DNA of 64,000 nt from Botryllus schlosseri (taxonomy: Eukaryota): NCBI GenBank assembly GCA_051294905.1, contig CM119371.1:22756001-22820000 (forward strand), read 5' to 3'. The notes under the pieces are model-generated. The model was not told where the DNA came from and did not search any database. It saw only the letters and a program-made list of their open reading frames with translations. Below, piece after piece: positions 41,620-54,519 of the stretch. The stretch's first letter is position 1. Every line of letters starts with the position of its first letter. The translations under genes and the position numbers were made by a program.

Positions 41620-41990
41620 TTACTGCAATTTGGACAGCATCTCTTATCCCATCCTGAATGTGCAAATTATTACAATGATAGTCAATTTTCTATAGTTGCT
41701 CGTGACCGTTCCCTTTTTCATCTGAAGGACCTAGAATTTACGATCATAAAGCTGCGAAAGCCTATTTTATGTCGCCAGAAGGAACGCCTCTACACTCTTT
41801 GAATATTTCATTAATGTTCTGTGTTGTTGTTTCCGGTTATTTTTGACCGCATACGTATTAGCTAACGTTTGTTTTGTCTCGTTACTACCGTATCTTGCCT
41901 GTCTACTACATTTCGAATTCGATTCACCCTCTCACTGACGTTCCTTACAGAAGAGAGTCAGTCGAAAAGGTTTTAGCGAATAAATTAACA
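41620..41990 (+). mobile_element. Penelope-like retroelement 3' remnant (GIY-YIG C-terminus)
   Basis: GQHLLSHPECANYYNDSQFSIVARDRSLFHLKDLEFTIIKLRKPILCRQKE resembles the C-terminal part of PLE GIY-YIG endonucleases (AIxxH...FxIL...LExxxI...PxL); hammerhead-like motif at 41944-41977. Confidence 0.7.
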
Positions 41991-44900
41991 GTATGAAGTT
42001 ATTGTTTCGCGTTATTCTGAATTTCTGTACCCCTAATGGCTTGTTCAAGTTACTTTATAACCATCCAACAGTAGTGTTATGACTTCACTGCAATGGCCAT
42101 CAGCAACAAATCTCCGCCATTGACTTTTAATTCCGAGAAGAAAAATGTACACACTGAGCTCAGAGTTATTCTCAAAAGTGAAAACCCAAATTAGAAACCT
42201 GTATATGCAATGCATGCTATATGGAGAACATAACTGTTACACAAAATATAATTAAGATATCTGTGGTGGCACTTCATTTTCGCTTATGACTTCCAGTTCC
42301 TCGACTCCCAGAAAAAACGAATCGCCATATAACAATAATGAACCGAATTTCAACGCATGTGTTTCATTCAGTTAGATCTCGTGTATTCCTCATAACGCAT
42401 ATACACCGGACTATCGTCGTTAAATTCACTGTTTCAGCAATTTATATAAGTGTATTCAACCGAGCAATCATCGTCACTTTCTCATTTCCATTGTTTGCGA
42501 ATAAAGGTGTTGATAAATGGAGCCCTATGATCCATAGGATGTATAATTGAGTATTCCAGTGGACAGCACATGCGTGGATTTTGTGGTAACATTTTGGAAT
42601 AATGTGACGACTCGCGACGAAACTTGAGTTTGATACCCCTGTGTCTAAATTGAGTGTTATAGGACGTGCCGTTTAGCAGCTTTCGTTTACTTTGTAAGTA
42701 TATTCTCATGGTCATATGCTACTTGGCTACTATGCTACGAGGCTATCTATCACCCGATAGTTGGTTACTCAGAGAACAGACGAAGCCACGCCATTCACTT
42801 TTAAACTCGTACTCGAGCATTGCTACTGTGTAAATAAGGTTCAAAATAAACCTCGAAACAAATCTGTACAAAATAGCGAAAAATAAATTACTGTAACATA
42901 CATAAACTTGTCACAAAAGTTGCTGCAGTACAAACGAGCTACAAATTACAGCAATTTGATTTACGTTGCATACTAAGAACGACGGAAAAACAAATTGAAA
43001 TTGCTGTAGCTGTGTCCGGCGATGCGTACGGTGTTCCACACAGCATCATCAGGGATTTGATATAATCGGGTTTACCCTTGCAACCTCTATTTCAGTGGTT
43101 CTCAACCTTTTTGTCCTCGCGGACCCCTTTCGACCGTCAGGGAGCGCCGTGGACCCCCTCAAGTTTTCGTTTAAATTTAGCTCAATTATCGCGCAACCGT
43201 GATATGACGTCTGCAAAATTCAACTGTGGGATAGTGATAAACAGCAACAAAATGGCCTATCTTATAGATATTATCATACATTATGTAGAAATTGCTATAT
43301 TATTTCTGAAACTAGGAATCCGTCGCCACTTGCATAAGCGCCTATGCTTTCCCTCGTTGAAAACAGGGCATATAGGCTACGGCGGTTTCTTTCACAATAA
43401 AGCAGTCATGCTTTAGACGTTTTTGTGAAGCAGCTGTTACTTGTTCATCATGTATTTCGTACCTCAACATACCCTTAATCAATCCTAAATCATTATTTGT
43501 CAACCTATATACAATGCGCTTTCAGAATCGCCGCCAGTAGCAGACTCCTTGTTCACCTAATCAGCAGGCTGCTGCTGACGTGGTCATTGAAGCATAGCCG
43601 ATTATCCAATCAAGAGCCGTGGTTTCTTGATTACTAGTCTTCTCGCCGTTCTATGGTCGGTGGCACGCCCATTCTTCGGCAGCTACTTTCAAACGCTTTG
43701 CACGAAATCTTAACGGCCTTTCTGTGAGCTTCTTTCAGGCTCAGTGTCGTTTTTTATCAATAATCTATCGAATAAGACCTTACAACCGAAGATTTGTAAG
43801 ATTTTCCAAATTATGGACAACCCTAATCGACATACTATTGGAATTATATCGCGACAACGTATTGAGTGTTTCAAAGCAACTATCGCGAGTATTGCCGTTA
43901 TGTGATTGAATTTTACCGAGTGATATTTGTCGATATTATACACGTAGAAAGTCAGCAGACAAACTTTAATATTTTATATCGTAAATTATTTATTCGGCTT
44001 GGCTACGGGTTAACACGATTCCACAATACAGTGGAACCTGTTATTCGTTGTAAATTCATCTGCATTCGTGAGACGCATGTCAATTGTTATGGGAACTTTT
44101 TGAGGGCCTCGCAATTCCACTCGGTGAACATGTCGTATATTCCTGTCTCTGATTTCACAGAGTCTAATGCAGTGGTTCCCAACCTTTTTATCCCAATTCC
44201 CCACTTCCGATTTATTCCGAGCCTTCATTCCCCACGTAAAATCTCTTTATCCATATGTACCCTTTAAAGTGCTACCTCCAATAAAATTTTGCAAGACTTG
44301 GCTTAGTGAATAGTACGTGATATTGGCGATTGGTAAGATCCCCGGAATTGATCAACACACAATAAAATTAACGCATCGGCGAACTGGTAACCGTAAACGC
44401 ACCTCCGTAAATATATGTATCTACTGCGGAAATATAGGAAGAGTTTGACAATTTTCCAAATGTTGCGGGGTAGCATCAATTTACATACTTAAATGCCGAA
44501 TAATACACGGGTCAGATAAACTTCCTAATGTTGACGAACTCATGCGTGCGATATATATATAAGCCGCCGTAACCTACACTTTCGCACAATACTAAAAGAA
44601 CTTGAAATAACATAAATATGCATATATTATTTGTATGTGCTATCAATTAGCGAGTCCACGATCTCCCCTGAATACATGTTCTGCAATATGAGCTCTTATT
44701 ACATCGAATCAGAATTTTTCTATCACTGCGTTTCGTGACCGATCATGGTGTACAAATGAACAAAAACATTTCTGGAGATAACGTGTCGCTATTCAGGCGA
44801 TTCTTGCAAATTGGAGGCACTGATAATATGAATCGCAGAATTGAAAATGAGCTACGAAATAGTCGGCCGGCATTTCAAAACGACATTCAATGAAGGAGAA

Positions 44901-45070
44901 TATTCCTGTAAAGATTTCCCCACCAGAAATCCCGAAATTACCCACCAGTGGGGAATTCCCTACCGTTTGGGAACCCCTGCTCCAAAGTCTAACTAAGTCT
45001 TGTAGCATCCAGCCTTCTGTGTCCGTCGTTAGATCAACCTTCACATCTGCTTCTGTCATGAAATATTCCG

Positions 45071-45267
45071 TCAGATCTTCATGGGCTGCTTATGCGGGTT
45101 TCTGTCGCTGACCAATCCTTTCGTTCGGTCGTCGATCATCAGACGCAGACATCGCGTTGGTATTGAATCATATTTGATATCAAACTTGTTGACGAATAGT
45201 TCTTGCCTTTCAGATATCCACCACAAACCACCGGCACCGAACACACATGAGTTATGTTGCCAGTATC
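45071..45267 (-). CDS. GCNT-family gene B (paralog), last coding exon; remaining exons presumably beyond the window
   Basis: ttacag acceptor in the same phase and position as gene A exon 5; GYWQHNSCVFGAGGL...LFVNKFDIKYDSIPTRCLRLMIDDR aligns with GEWRHGICVLGATDV...LFINKFDMTLDSTGPTCLRKMIDER. Confidence 0.85.
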
Positions 45268-45592
45268 CTGTAAGATAAGAAAAACATATACGATGGTTAA
45301 TCACGAACGCGAGAGTAATATCGCCATGACTGTACCACTTCCATGAGGACATCGCACAGGTTTCGATAGTAGCTATTGACTCGAAGCTGCTTAGATGAAT
45401 TTGGTAGCTTGATAGGCCAGAAAATAATTGCACTGTTAATGCTTGGGTAGAAGATAGTACGGATGGTGCGAAACCCTAAAAGGCTCAGATTCGTGCGAAT
45501 GCGAACCTTTACGAAATGTGTGTATGTCCATATCAGGAATCTCTGGTATCGAACTTTGCTTTCAACATTAGACTAGTATTGCCTAGTTGACG

Positions 45593-46180
45593 CTGTTGCT
45601 TTCGCATGCATACTTCCATATAGTACAGTCAAAGGTGATCAGTAACGAATCGAATCTACTCTTTCGGAGTGATCAAGTATATTTTCGCTTCAGACACTAC
45701 ACTTACACAACTGGTTATGGTTCTTGACTACTTCTACTTCATAGTTCTTAGTTTGTAGACAAAACCAGGCCATAGTGCTTCTCTGTTCTCTCGCTGTTGC
45801 TTTCACATGCACACTTCCATATAGTACAGTCAAAGGTGGTCAGTAACGAAGCAAATCTACTCTTTCGGAGTGATCAAGTATATTTTCGCTTCAGACACTA
45901 CACTTACACAACTGGTTATGGTTCTTGACTACTTCTACTTCATAGTTCTTAGTTTGTAGACAAAACCAGGCCATAGTGCTTCTCTGTTCTCTCGCTGTTG
46001 CTTTCACATGCACACTTCCATATAGTACAGTCAAAGGTGGTCAGTAACGAAGCAAATCTACTCTTTCGGAGTGATCAAGTATATTTTCGCTTCAGACACT
46101 ACACTTACACAACTGGTTCTTGACTACTTCTACTTCATAGTTCTTAGTTTGTAGACAAAACCAGGCCATAGTGCTCCTCT
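45593..46180. repeat. Tandem repeat, about 200-bp unit, three copies
   Basis: Near-identical units start gctgttgctttc at about 45593, 45793 and 45994. Confidence 0.92.
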
Positions 46181-46309
46181 TTCTCGGAAATCGCTCCTTA
46201 TACCTGTACTTAAGCAGCGATTTACGGCGTAACCTCTGTGTCTACTTGAGCCACAACAATGACCACTTTTTCCACCCGTGACTACGCGCTATATTTATTA
46301 AGGCCTATA

Positions 46310-46718
46310 TCAGTGGTCCAGAACCTTTGGCTCGCGAGCCATATATGGCTCCTTTGGGTGTAAGATATGACTCTTTGCCAAATATTTATTTTTGTACTGA
46401 ATTGATCAATATTGCAGCGATCTGTTAGTAAATTTTCATCACGGCCAGAATAATTATTCTCGTGGCTGTAAAACATCTCTTTGAGAGGTGAAGACAATGC
46501 CTTCTTCCAGTTTAGGGGCTCGGATCCTCTCTCTTCAAAATCCTCAAATTTAAGTTATTGTCGCGCCGGTGACCAATAGCGCTCGCGAATTCTAAGTACC
46601 CGACTCGAAATCTTGGATTTTGCGATACGTTGATTAATCGAAAAGCATAGCAGACATGGCGACTCCCATATCACAACGCATTTTTCAAATACACCTTGTT
46701 TTCCTAATCTACGGCGCG
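46310..46718 (+). mobile_element. Left part of a hAT-type MITE (3386 family), apparently interrupted by the large element
   Basis: CAGTGGTCCAGAACCTTTGGCTCGCGAGCC resembles the start of 3386 and shares agcagacatggcgac; no right TIR before 46719. Confidence 0.6.
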
Positions 46719-49700
46719 AGTAGTGTAGTAGATCGGTCGCGAACTAACGTTTTTTGCATGGGGTAGTATAGGGCCCGCTCACACGGTGCCGCGAAACTCG
46801 TGTTGGCACGGTGACCCCCCCTTCCGCTCGCACGGTGCCATTGTGTCTTATGGGCCCTCTCACACGGTAACCCTTTTCGGTATAGGGATCGCTCACACGG
46901 TGCCGTGAAAACTGGTGGTGACATGGTTACCTTTTCAGGTATAGCCATCTCTCACACGGTGACTCTTCTAGGTATAGCCATATCTCTCACGGTGCCTCGA
47001 AAACTCGTGTTGGTGAGTCGTACTTTCAGGTATAGGCATCTCTCACACGGTGACCCTTCCAGGTATAGGCATCTCTCACACGGTGCCTCGAAAACTCGTG
47101 TTGGCAAGTCGTACTTGTGGGTATAGGCATCTCTCGCACGGTTTTGAATATGTATCAAGTATATTGATCACGTGATTGGTTCTTAGTTAATGTGTATATC
47201 CCAAATTATTATATATGAGCAATTTGAAGTAATCCCAACGTTTGCGGTGAGTGCGACAATGATATATCGTTATTCTTATGAGTGCGGCGATGATTCGTAC
47301 TTTCGTTTATAGACTGTGGGCTGCATGTCGTAATTTCAGTAAAAAGGTGTGAAATAGTTGGATAAATCTAGGAATCAGCCGCATGATAATGTTTTGGTAA
47401 TTAGTTTGCCATAGAACCGGCGTAGACGGAGATTCGAATACCAACAATATCCGCGTTCACAAACTGACGACGATTCGAATACCAACAATAACCGCGTTCA
47501 CAAACTAACACTCCAAAAAGGTGCGAAATATTGGTAAAATCCCGCGATCGCTCACAAGATAATACCTAAGGCATAACCAGCGCTCACGACTCGCTGTTAC
47601 ATACATGCCGATCGTTGACAATGTAATATTTCGGTAATCAGTATGTCACAGAACTTGATTTCACTCGTAAGATTTAATAAGTAACGAATAACAGAACCAC
47701 AGTGTCGGTAACTTGAATAGCGACAAATTGTCACTTATTTCTGCTCTAACCCTAATCCTTTGTGAAGTGAACGCTTATTCAAAAAGGTGTGAAATAATTT
47801 TAAAATCCTACGACCGCTCACAGGGTAATGCTCCAGACATAGCGATCGCTCATGATTTGGTGTTACAGACATACCGATCGCTCACAAGGTAATATTTCCG
47901 TAATTAGTTTGTCACAGAGTCGTCGCAGACGGTGATTCGTAAACCATCAATTTGACACTTTCTGATGGTCGCTATATGTTTTGACACTTCGGACCGTGGT
48001 TGACTTTAGTTGTATGATAAGAATCATGCGAATATACAAGTGATGTGTCAATTTGTTAACTTGAAATGAAACTTACTACACAGCTCAAGTTGATTCGTAT
48101 CTGAATGTGTTAATTCGATACAATTCTAATTATTTTGAGAAATCTTTTTAACGTGATCTTTCGATTCGACCGTAACCTGAATATTACTGACGCCGACTTT
48201 CAGCCACGTCGAATTATTCGCACATTCCGCGCCGCTGTTTTCACACCTATAGAATCAATACCAACTATAACTCTACAAGAATCAAGAATCACAAGTATGT
48301 ACATTATACAGTTATTGTCTTTATCAACATGAAATCAAACTCTTAACAAAAACACGCAACTAATCATTTGACAACTCTATCATTACCAAAAAATTCAGGT
48401 ATTGTTGATTGAAAATCCTTGAGTCCTTATTATCAAAAATGTTATAGTGCCGCATCCGAATCCATTTGCAGGATGTACTAAAAGTAAATTCAGATAATCC
48501 CAAATGAAATATTAGGACTTTGGCATAGTCTGAATTGAAATATATTGACAAACATGACTACCAACTTTGATCCAGTCACATTTCAAGATCGTACTTTGAA
48601 ACAATCCTTGAAACTTACAACTCTATTCACGACTGAGTTTTCCGTTTATCAAATAGGGTTTCAGTGAATACTATCGCGATATTTTACTGTGTTACTACAC
48701 ACAATAGAATCAATCAATGAAATAGCACCTGTTGTAAATATTTCTAACTTGACAACCACTTGTGCATACCGCGATCGACTTGTGACGCGATGAGTTAAAT
48801 CGGAATATTTCAATCTATTTGTCGAAGCCTTGAACAAACTATCAGGTTATTTTTTGTTGCAATCGAGTGAACGGAAATAGTATTACGGCTCGACATCTTA
48901 CCATCTTACCATATTCAAAGAGTCAACCACAAAAACATTGTCAAGTAAATCCGTTTGTAACTTACCCGACCAACTCAAACAGTATCAGTATGAAAAACAG
49001 CCAAGCATACACGAGTCCATACCATCACTAAAACCTAAAATCCATAACAAGTTCGGTTGTATTCATATCCCTACACATCTTTTTATTCAACTGTAGGATG
49101 AAGTAATTACTACTTGGTGCGCGACTTTAGATTAACATATGTTTTGAATATACGACATTTGAAAGGTCGAGCAACGTAGTTAAGAATTCATTTCTTATAC
49201 GATCAAACGCCGGTGTTACATTGAAAGTTATCATGCTGTAAACATACGGATTGACACATTGATGTACCATATGTAATAGTTGATAATGACTTGATCATTA
49301 AATTATTCGTGTTAATTAGACCCGGTGTTGTGGTAAAGGTTATTATGACAACAACAATCTTTTCAGTACCGTTGTTATTAACGTATCGAGCTGTAAAACT
49401 ATGCGTGTCTGAAATGTTCATGATTGAAGAAATTATTCCACCTCGGTACATATCACTCTGCGTATCGCGGATATCAGAAAATATTTTACAAATGTAATTG
49501 TTTCCAGTAACAAAACTAAAGATGAAACAACAATTTCGTTTGCTGATTAACAACCGGTGCAATACTTTATTGTCGGAATCTGCGACATCGAATTGAAACA
49601 TACGCACATCACACAGTACGAAAATATCACTTTGGGCTCCGGGGCGGTGTCATTTAATCTGTGGTAAACTCTGTTCACACTCTCTGTCGAAAATGCGTGA

Positions 49701-51017
49701 AATGTAAAAACATTACGAGGTCACACTCTAAGACTTTGATCATCAAAAAAGTAAATAGAGGTATCTTTACTGGATCGATTCTATTCAACTGGTCTTGGTT
49801 AATACAAAAACCCATAACAATAATATCGAAGTATGTGCTACACTGAAATCTACAAAAATTTGTTTGTATTGCTGTTCATAGTAGCGATATCGATTTGAAC
49901 CTCCAGAATAATTGTCATCATGTAACCAAACTAAGGAAAGTCGTTGTCAATTTGTATGATGTTCACTGATTGCATACTAGAACTATTTGTGCAACGCACA
50001 CGATCAGAGAAATTTTCTTATTGTCATTCGTCGCAATATTCGGTCACTAAAATACGTTACTTGGATGTGATTGAATCGCCGGTAGTTAACTCGATAAATC
50101 AAACCCCTAAGAAATTTCACTCACTCATTAGATATTAAACAGTGTCGCCTAATCGGCGTGGGTCGCTTTTTATAAATACAAATCATACCTGGCCATCGCT
50201 GATAATTAACTCGGTAAATCAGAACCCTAAGAAATTTCACTCACTCGCTGGATATTAAACAGTGTCACCTAATCGGCGTAGATCGTTTTTCTAAATGTAA
50301 ATCATATAGGCCCAGCAGAAAAAATGTTCACCCACTCGGAAATGAAACCAATGTGTTGGTCTCCATTCGATATTTTGTTTCGGTCAAATACTTTGCAATG
50401 AACACATTTGAGTGGTTGAGCTTTACATCATCAAGCTGTCGTTTGTAAATCAAGATTTCGGTAAACCTGTGAATGTATCGTTTAACTAACCGACATTTAG
50501 TGATTGGTGAACATACCAAACGATACACATCCACCTCGAAATACTCCGTTGATCGTAATTTCCATCATCGTAATAATCGAAGTACATTTGTGTCGAATTC
50601 GTAACAACCGACTTTTCTATGGCATGATAAATTTTTGACAAGTTATACTTAGAAGGTTGGTACATATCCCAAAAAATAATATACCATTCATATTGATACT
50701 GTTAACCGGTATTTTCACGCGAGTCGATTTTCAAACGAGTAAAATTTATTACATGAGTTTTTCCGCTTACTATATTTAAATGTAAACTCACCCATCTTTC
50801 AACAACAAACAACGATAAAAAAGTATGCAATCAAACACAACAAGTTTTACTTTTGTACGACACTAATTATTATTCCACACATGTCATTTCATACTAAGTG
50901 TATACGAAAGATATTCATGACACATGAAAATATTCGCTCATGCTACGAACATACGCAATGATTGGTGACGCTTTCAAACTGTTTCGATATCACAAGAACT
51001 TTATTGTCTGAATGGGT
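46719..51017. repeat. Left inverted arm (4299 bp)
   Basis: Reverse complement of 59536-63844; mirrored ORFs have a constant coordinate sum of 110553, with one 10-bp indel near the tip. Contains a terminal CTCACACGGTG array (about 46775-47140) and short internal duplications (about 47430-47510, 50085-50310). Confidence 0.95.
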
Positions 51018-52079
51018 GTTCATGTATCTTAATAATCAAATAGTTCAACACAGAACTAGGACTAACAGAAACATCAGAGTTGTTTACACAAAAGTCTGTA
51101 TGTGTACAGTATGCGAATACCATGTGTAAGTCCAGCACAATTGCGGTATCCATCCGAGTTTAGTTAACACAAATTTATTACAACGGAGCCACGTAAACTT
51201 TCGTGAAAGAAAAGCATACTCACTTCCAGAGGGTTATGTCAACGCCATAGCAGTAAATCAGCTACTCCAACAACAAAGTACATATGTTTTCTAGTCACGG
51301 TCCTTACATCTTTCACATAGATCAATCTACTTTGCTAACGAAAAGTGATGAGTCATCACATGATTGCCCTCACAACAAAACAGCTAGAAGATATTATCAT
51401 ACAAAAATATTCCTAACACTTCGCACACCAGTGACAAATCATACAACAAACATTTTTTGTGAGTCGAATTGTTGTTCAGTGTCAAGTCTACCTGTTGAAG
51501 CATACATTAAAACAACACAGTCACAATTCAATTAAAACCACGAATCTATTTTCATTCCGTCACAAACTGTCACATACAGAAAAATAAATTTTATTTTCCC
51601 AACACATACTTGTAACCAATCGCTTTCATTAAACACACAACTCCATAAAAGTATTTCCTTCCTACAACATAGACATTCCGATGTAGTCAAGAAATATTTT
51701 TAATAATCAAAATCATCGACTTCTGTTTACGGCGTTAGTGTGTGCATGTCATACATTAAGGTCCGTATTAAAATGCAAACGACACGACTGAATGTCAGGA
51801 GATAGAAGTCTATCGCATAGATTTACATGTGGTCTTCGCTACGGTTTCAAAAAACGAATCATCTCTTTTGCATTGATCGAGACCGAGCAAGTTAGTTAAT
51901 GGCAATGATTGTGTTTGTCATATGTGAATAATAGGGTTACTGTCAAATCTACATACAACAACCTTCTGGCACTCATAATAGCAATTTCATTTTCTCCCTT
52001 CGTAATTGTATACTCACGACAAGTATATTGTACAACTCGACAGCTACGTTTAACAAGACCAACGACACTGAGCCCACGA

Positions 52080-52700
52080 CGTTTACCTGTGTAAAATTAC
52101 CACTTTCACTTGACAGTCCATCGTTTACCTGACTAAACATATCACTTTCCTTTGGAAATCTGACGTTTACCCAGAGTAAGAAACCATTTTCACTTGGAAA
52201 TATATTTTTTCCCCGGGTAACAAACCTTTTTTCACTTGGAAATATATTTTTTCCCCGGGTAACAAACCTTTTTTCACTTGGAAATATATTTTTTCCCCGG
52301 GTAACAAACCTTTTTTCACTTGGAAATATATTTTTTCCCCGGGTAACAAACCTTTTTTCACTTGGAAATATATTTTTTCCCCGGGTAACAAACCTTTTTC
52401 GCTTGGAAATATATTTTTTCCCTGGGTTACAAACCTTTTTCACTTGGAAATATATTTTTTCTCTGATCAACAAACCATTTTCACTCGGTAGTCCGTCGTT
52501 TACCTGAGTAAAAATATCATTTTCACTTGGAAAAATACTTTTACCTAGAGTAACTAATCATTTTATTTTAGAAATATATTTTCTCCCTGGGTAACAAACT
52601 CTTTTCGTTTGGAAAACTATCATTTACCTGAGTACCAATACAGTTCTCACCTGGAAATCTATCTTTTACCTGGGTAACAATACCATTTTCATTTTGAAAT
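52080..52700. repeat. 45-bp minisatellite (about six near-perfect copies at 52186-52460, degenerate flanking copies)
   Basis: Unit ttttcacttggaaatatattttttccccgggtaacaaacct repeated in tandem; it produces the repetitive ORFs 51973-52473 and 52167-52391. Confidence 0.93.
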
Positions 52701-54274
52701 CTGACAAACACACCTGACAATTTGATATTTTTGTATATTGTTACAACGGATAGCGACAAAATATACACCAACAACAACTCCAATACATTTGTGTAATCGC
52801 ATATTCACTTGTGCTGATGCAACCCATCAAAATCATCGGTTACCCACATGCAATGTGCTGTTGTACATCGACGTTTATGTTTTTGGAAAATTGGACAATA
52901 CGCTTCGATAGTTCTGTGATGGCCGGGCTCGTGCTTTGGATTTTCCAGAGTCAAAATGTCTGAATAAAACACCTCCTTGACGATGGTTGGTATGTGGATA
53001 ACGGTGTTCGGAAAACGGTTGGATTTATGTCCCCCATCGCGATAACAATTCCAGGTCGAGTTTTCCCCCGCGTGTTTACTATATTGTGTCTTTATTGGTC
53101 ATGTATGTCTCGACATTCAGTTTGAAATCGGAAACCCTGATAAAGTATGTAACCGGATCCGGATATCAACTCTGAATTGATAAACCAATGAACAATATTC
53201 AAAGTAAACATGTTACACCCTGTGTTTCGACGAAAAAATACCATCCAGACATACGTCGCGCTTGTTTGCCCACATCAGTATACGCGTAAATGGAGGTGTG
53301 TGACATTGCATGCAATGTGTTGGTATACAAACATCGATCCACAGACATTATCATAGCCGGTAGTTTTGATGTAGATCGAATGTCATCACACCCGATAACA
53401 ATGTCATACCAATAAGCCACATTGCAATGACTCTGAGTCCACGCTATTACATCGATATTTCGGCCCCGTTCATTGATTTACTCGATGGTGTTATCGTGTT
53501 GTAACATTACAAGATAGTCATGGCCCTATCTCTGGACAGACCACCCAGACCAATTGGATACATCGGTCAATATCCATCGTGTTGTCGACACCGAAGTTCT
53601 CTGCTGCAGCGTTTGACCAAGGTGAACTATCAAATCACGGGTGCTCGAAATGATTGCGATCTGTTATTCACACGATACATGGATGTCACTACTCCCACAT
53701 AACGACTCCAGATAAATATCGTGAACAGTGATTCTGCAAATCTTGGACTGATACTGTGATCCAATAAGGTGTGTTTCTGTGGAATGAAGACTGCAATCGT
53801 ACACCACAATAGAACACTACCTCGCGATTTCACACGCGATCATAAAACACATCATCGTAAGGGTCCAGTTCATCCGGTGACATTTCGAAACGGTCGTCGC
53901 CACAAGAGATCGGTATCATTTTGAAACGACATCGTCACAAGTCTATTGACGTCGATTCTGTTGGTCATGTCAATCCGTTTCAGAATCAACCGTTTTTCAA
54001 CTCCCCACACCATAGTGTTACGACACAGACAAGAAGCGTCGGTGGAAATAATAAAACACGGAAAGCACACTTTGGTGTTATTTGACATGGATTTTACACC
54101 CGACGAACCTTACATTCGAACGATGCATTGGAATGACGCTTGTATTATTGACGTAGAAGGAACAGAAATGTATCGATTTATTGGTTTCGTACATATCCAA
54201 CAATAACCAGGGTATGTGATTGTGTGTGGTTCGCATATTTGACTGTGAACGCTTTATTGATATATGTTGTACAG

Positions 54275-54500
54275 CAGTGCTCTTCAACCGGGGTTGTCGT
54301 ACACCCTAGGGTGTACCAGAATTTGCAAAGGGTGTACCACTCGGATGGGGTGTACAGGGGTGTACCAGATCCGAATTACAATGAGCCGATGGCTAGCTAT
54401 CACAAAGGCAGGTTTATGGGCCAGTACAGGTTGACGCACAGGTTAATGAGCAGTATGGTACGATGTTATCTCAATTGTAATACTGTTCACCGCTTGATTG
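54275..54500 (+). mobile_element. Left end of a hAT-type MITE with no matching right end
   Basis: CAGTGCTCTTCAACC followed by GGGTGTACC subterminal repeats; no GGTTGAAGAGCACTG seen downstream in the window. Confidence 0.5.
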
Positions 54501-54519
54501 TGATGTCATAAGCAAAAAC

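Noticed and set aside
44170..44979. Single MITE bounded by CAGTGGTTCCCAA and TTGGGAACCCCTG
   Set aside because: Flanks GTCTAATG and CTCCAAAG do not match, so these may be ends of two different decayed elements.
47744..47760. Telomere-like TAACCCTAA (mirrored near 62800)
   Set aside because: Only one to two units; not an array.
46905..50534. Duplicated short ORFs in the inverted arms as Polinton genes
   Set aside because: Short, mostly non-ATG, overlapping on both strands and without recognisable motifs; the duplication only reflects the inverted repeat.
51973..52473. Repeat protein or CRISPR-like array
   Set aside because: Head-to-tail 45-bp units with no unique spacers and no cas genes in a eukaryotic context; the ORFs arise because the unit length is a multiple of three.
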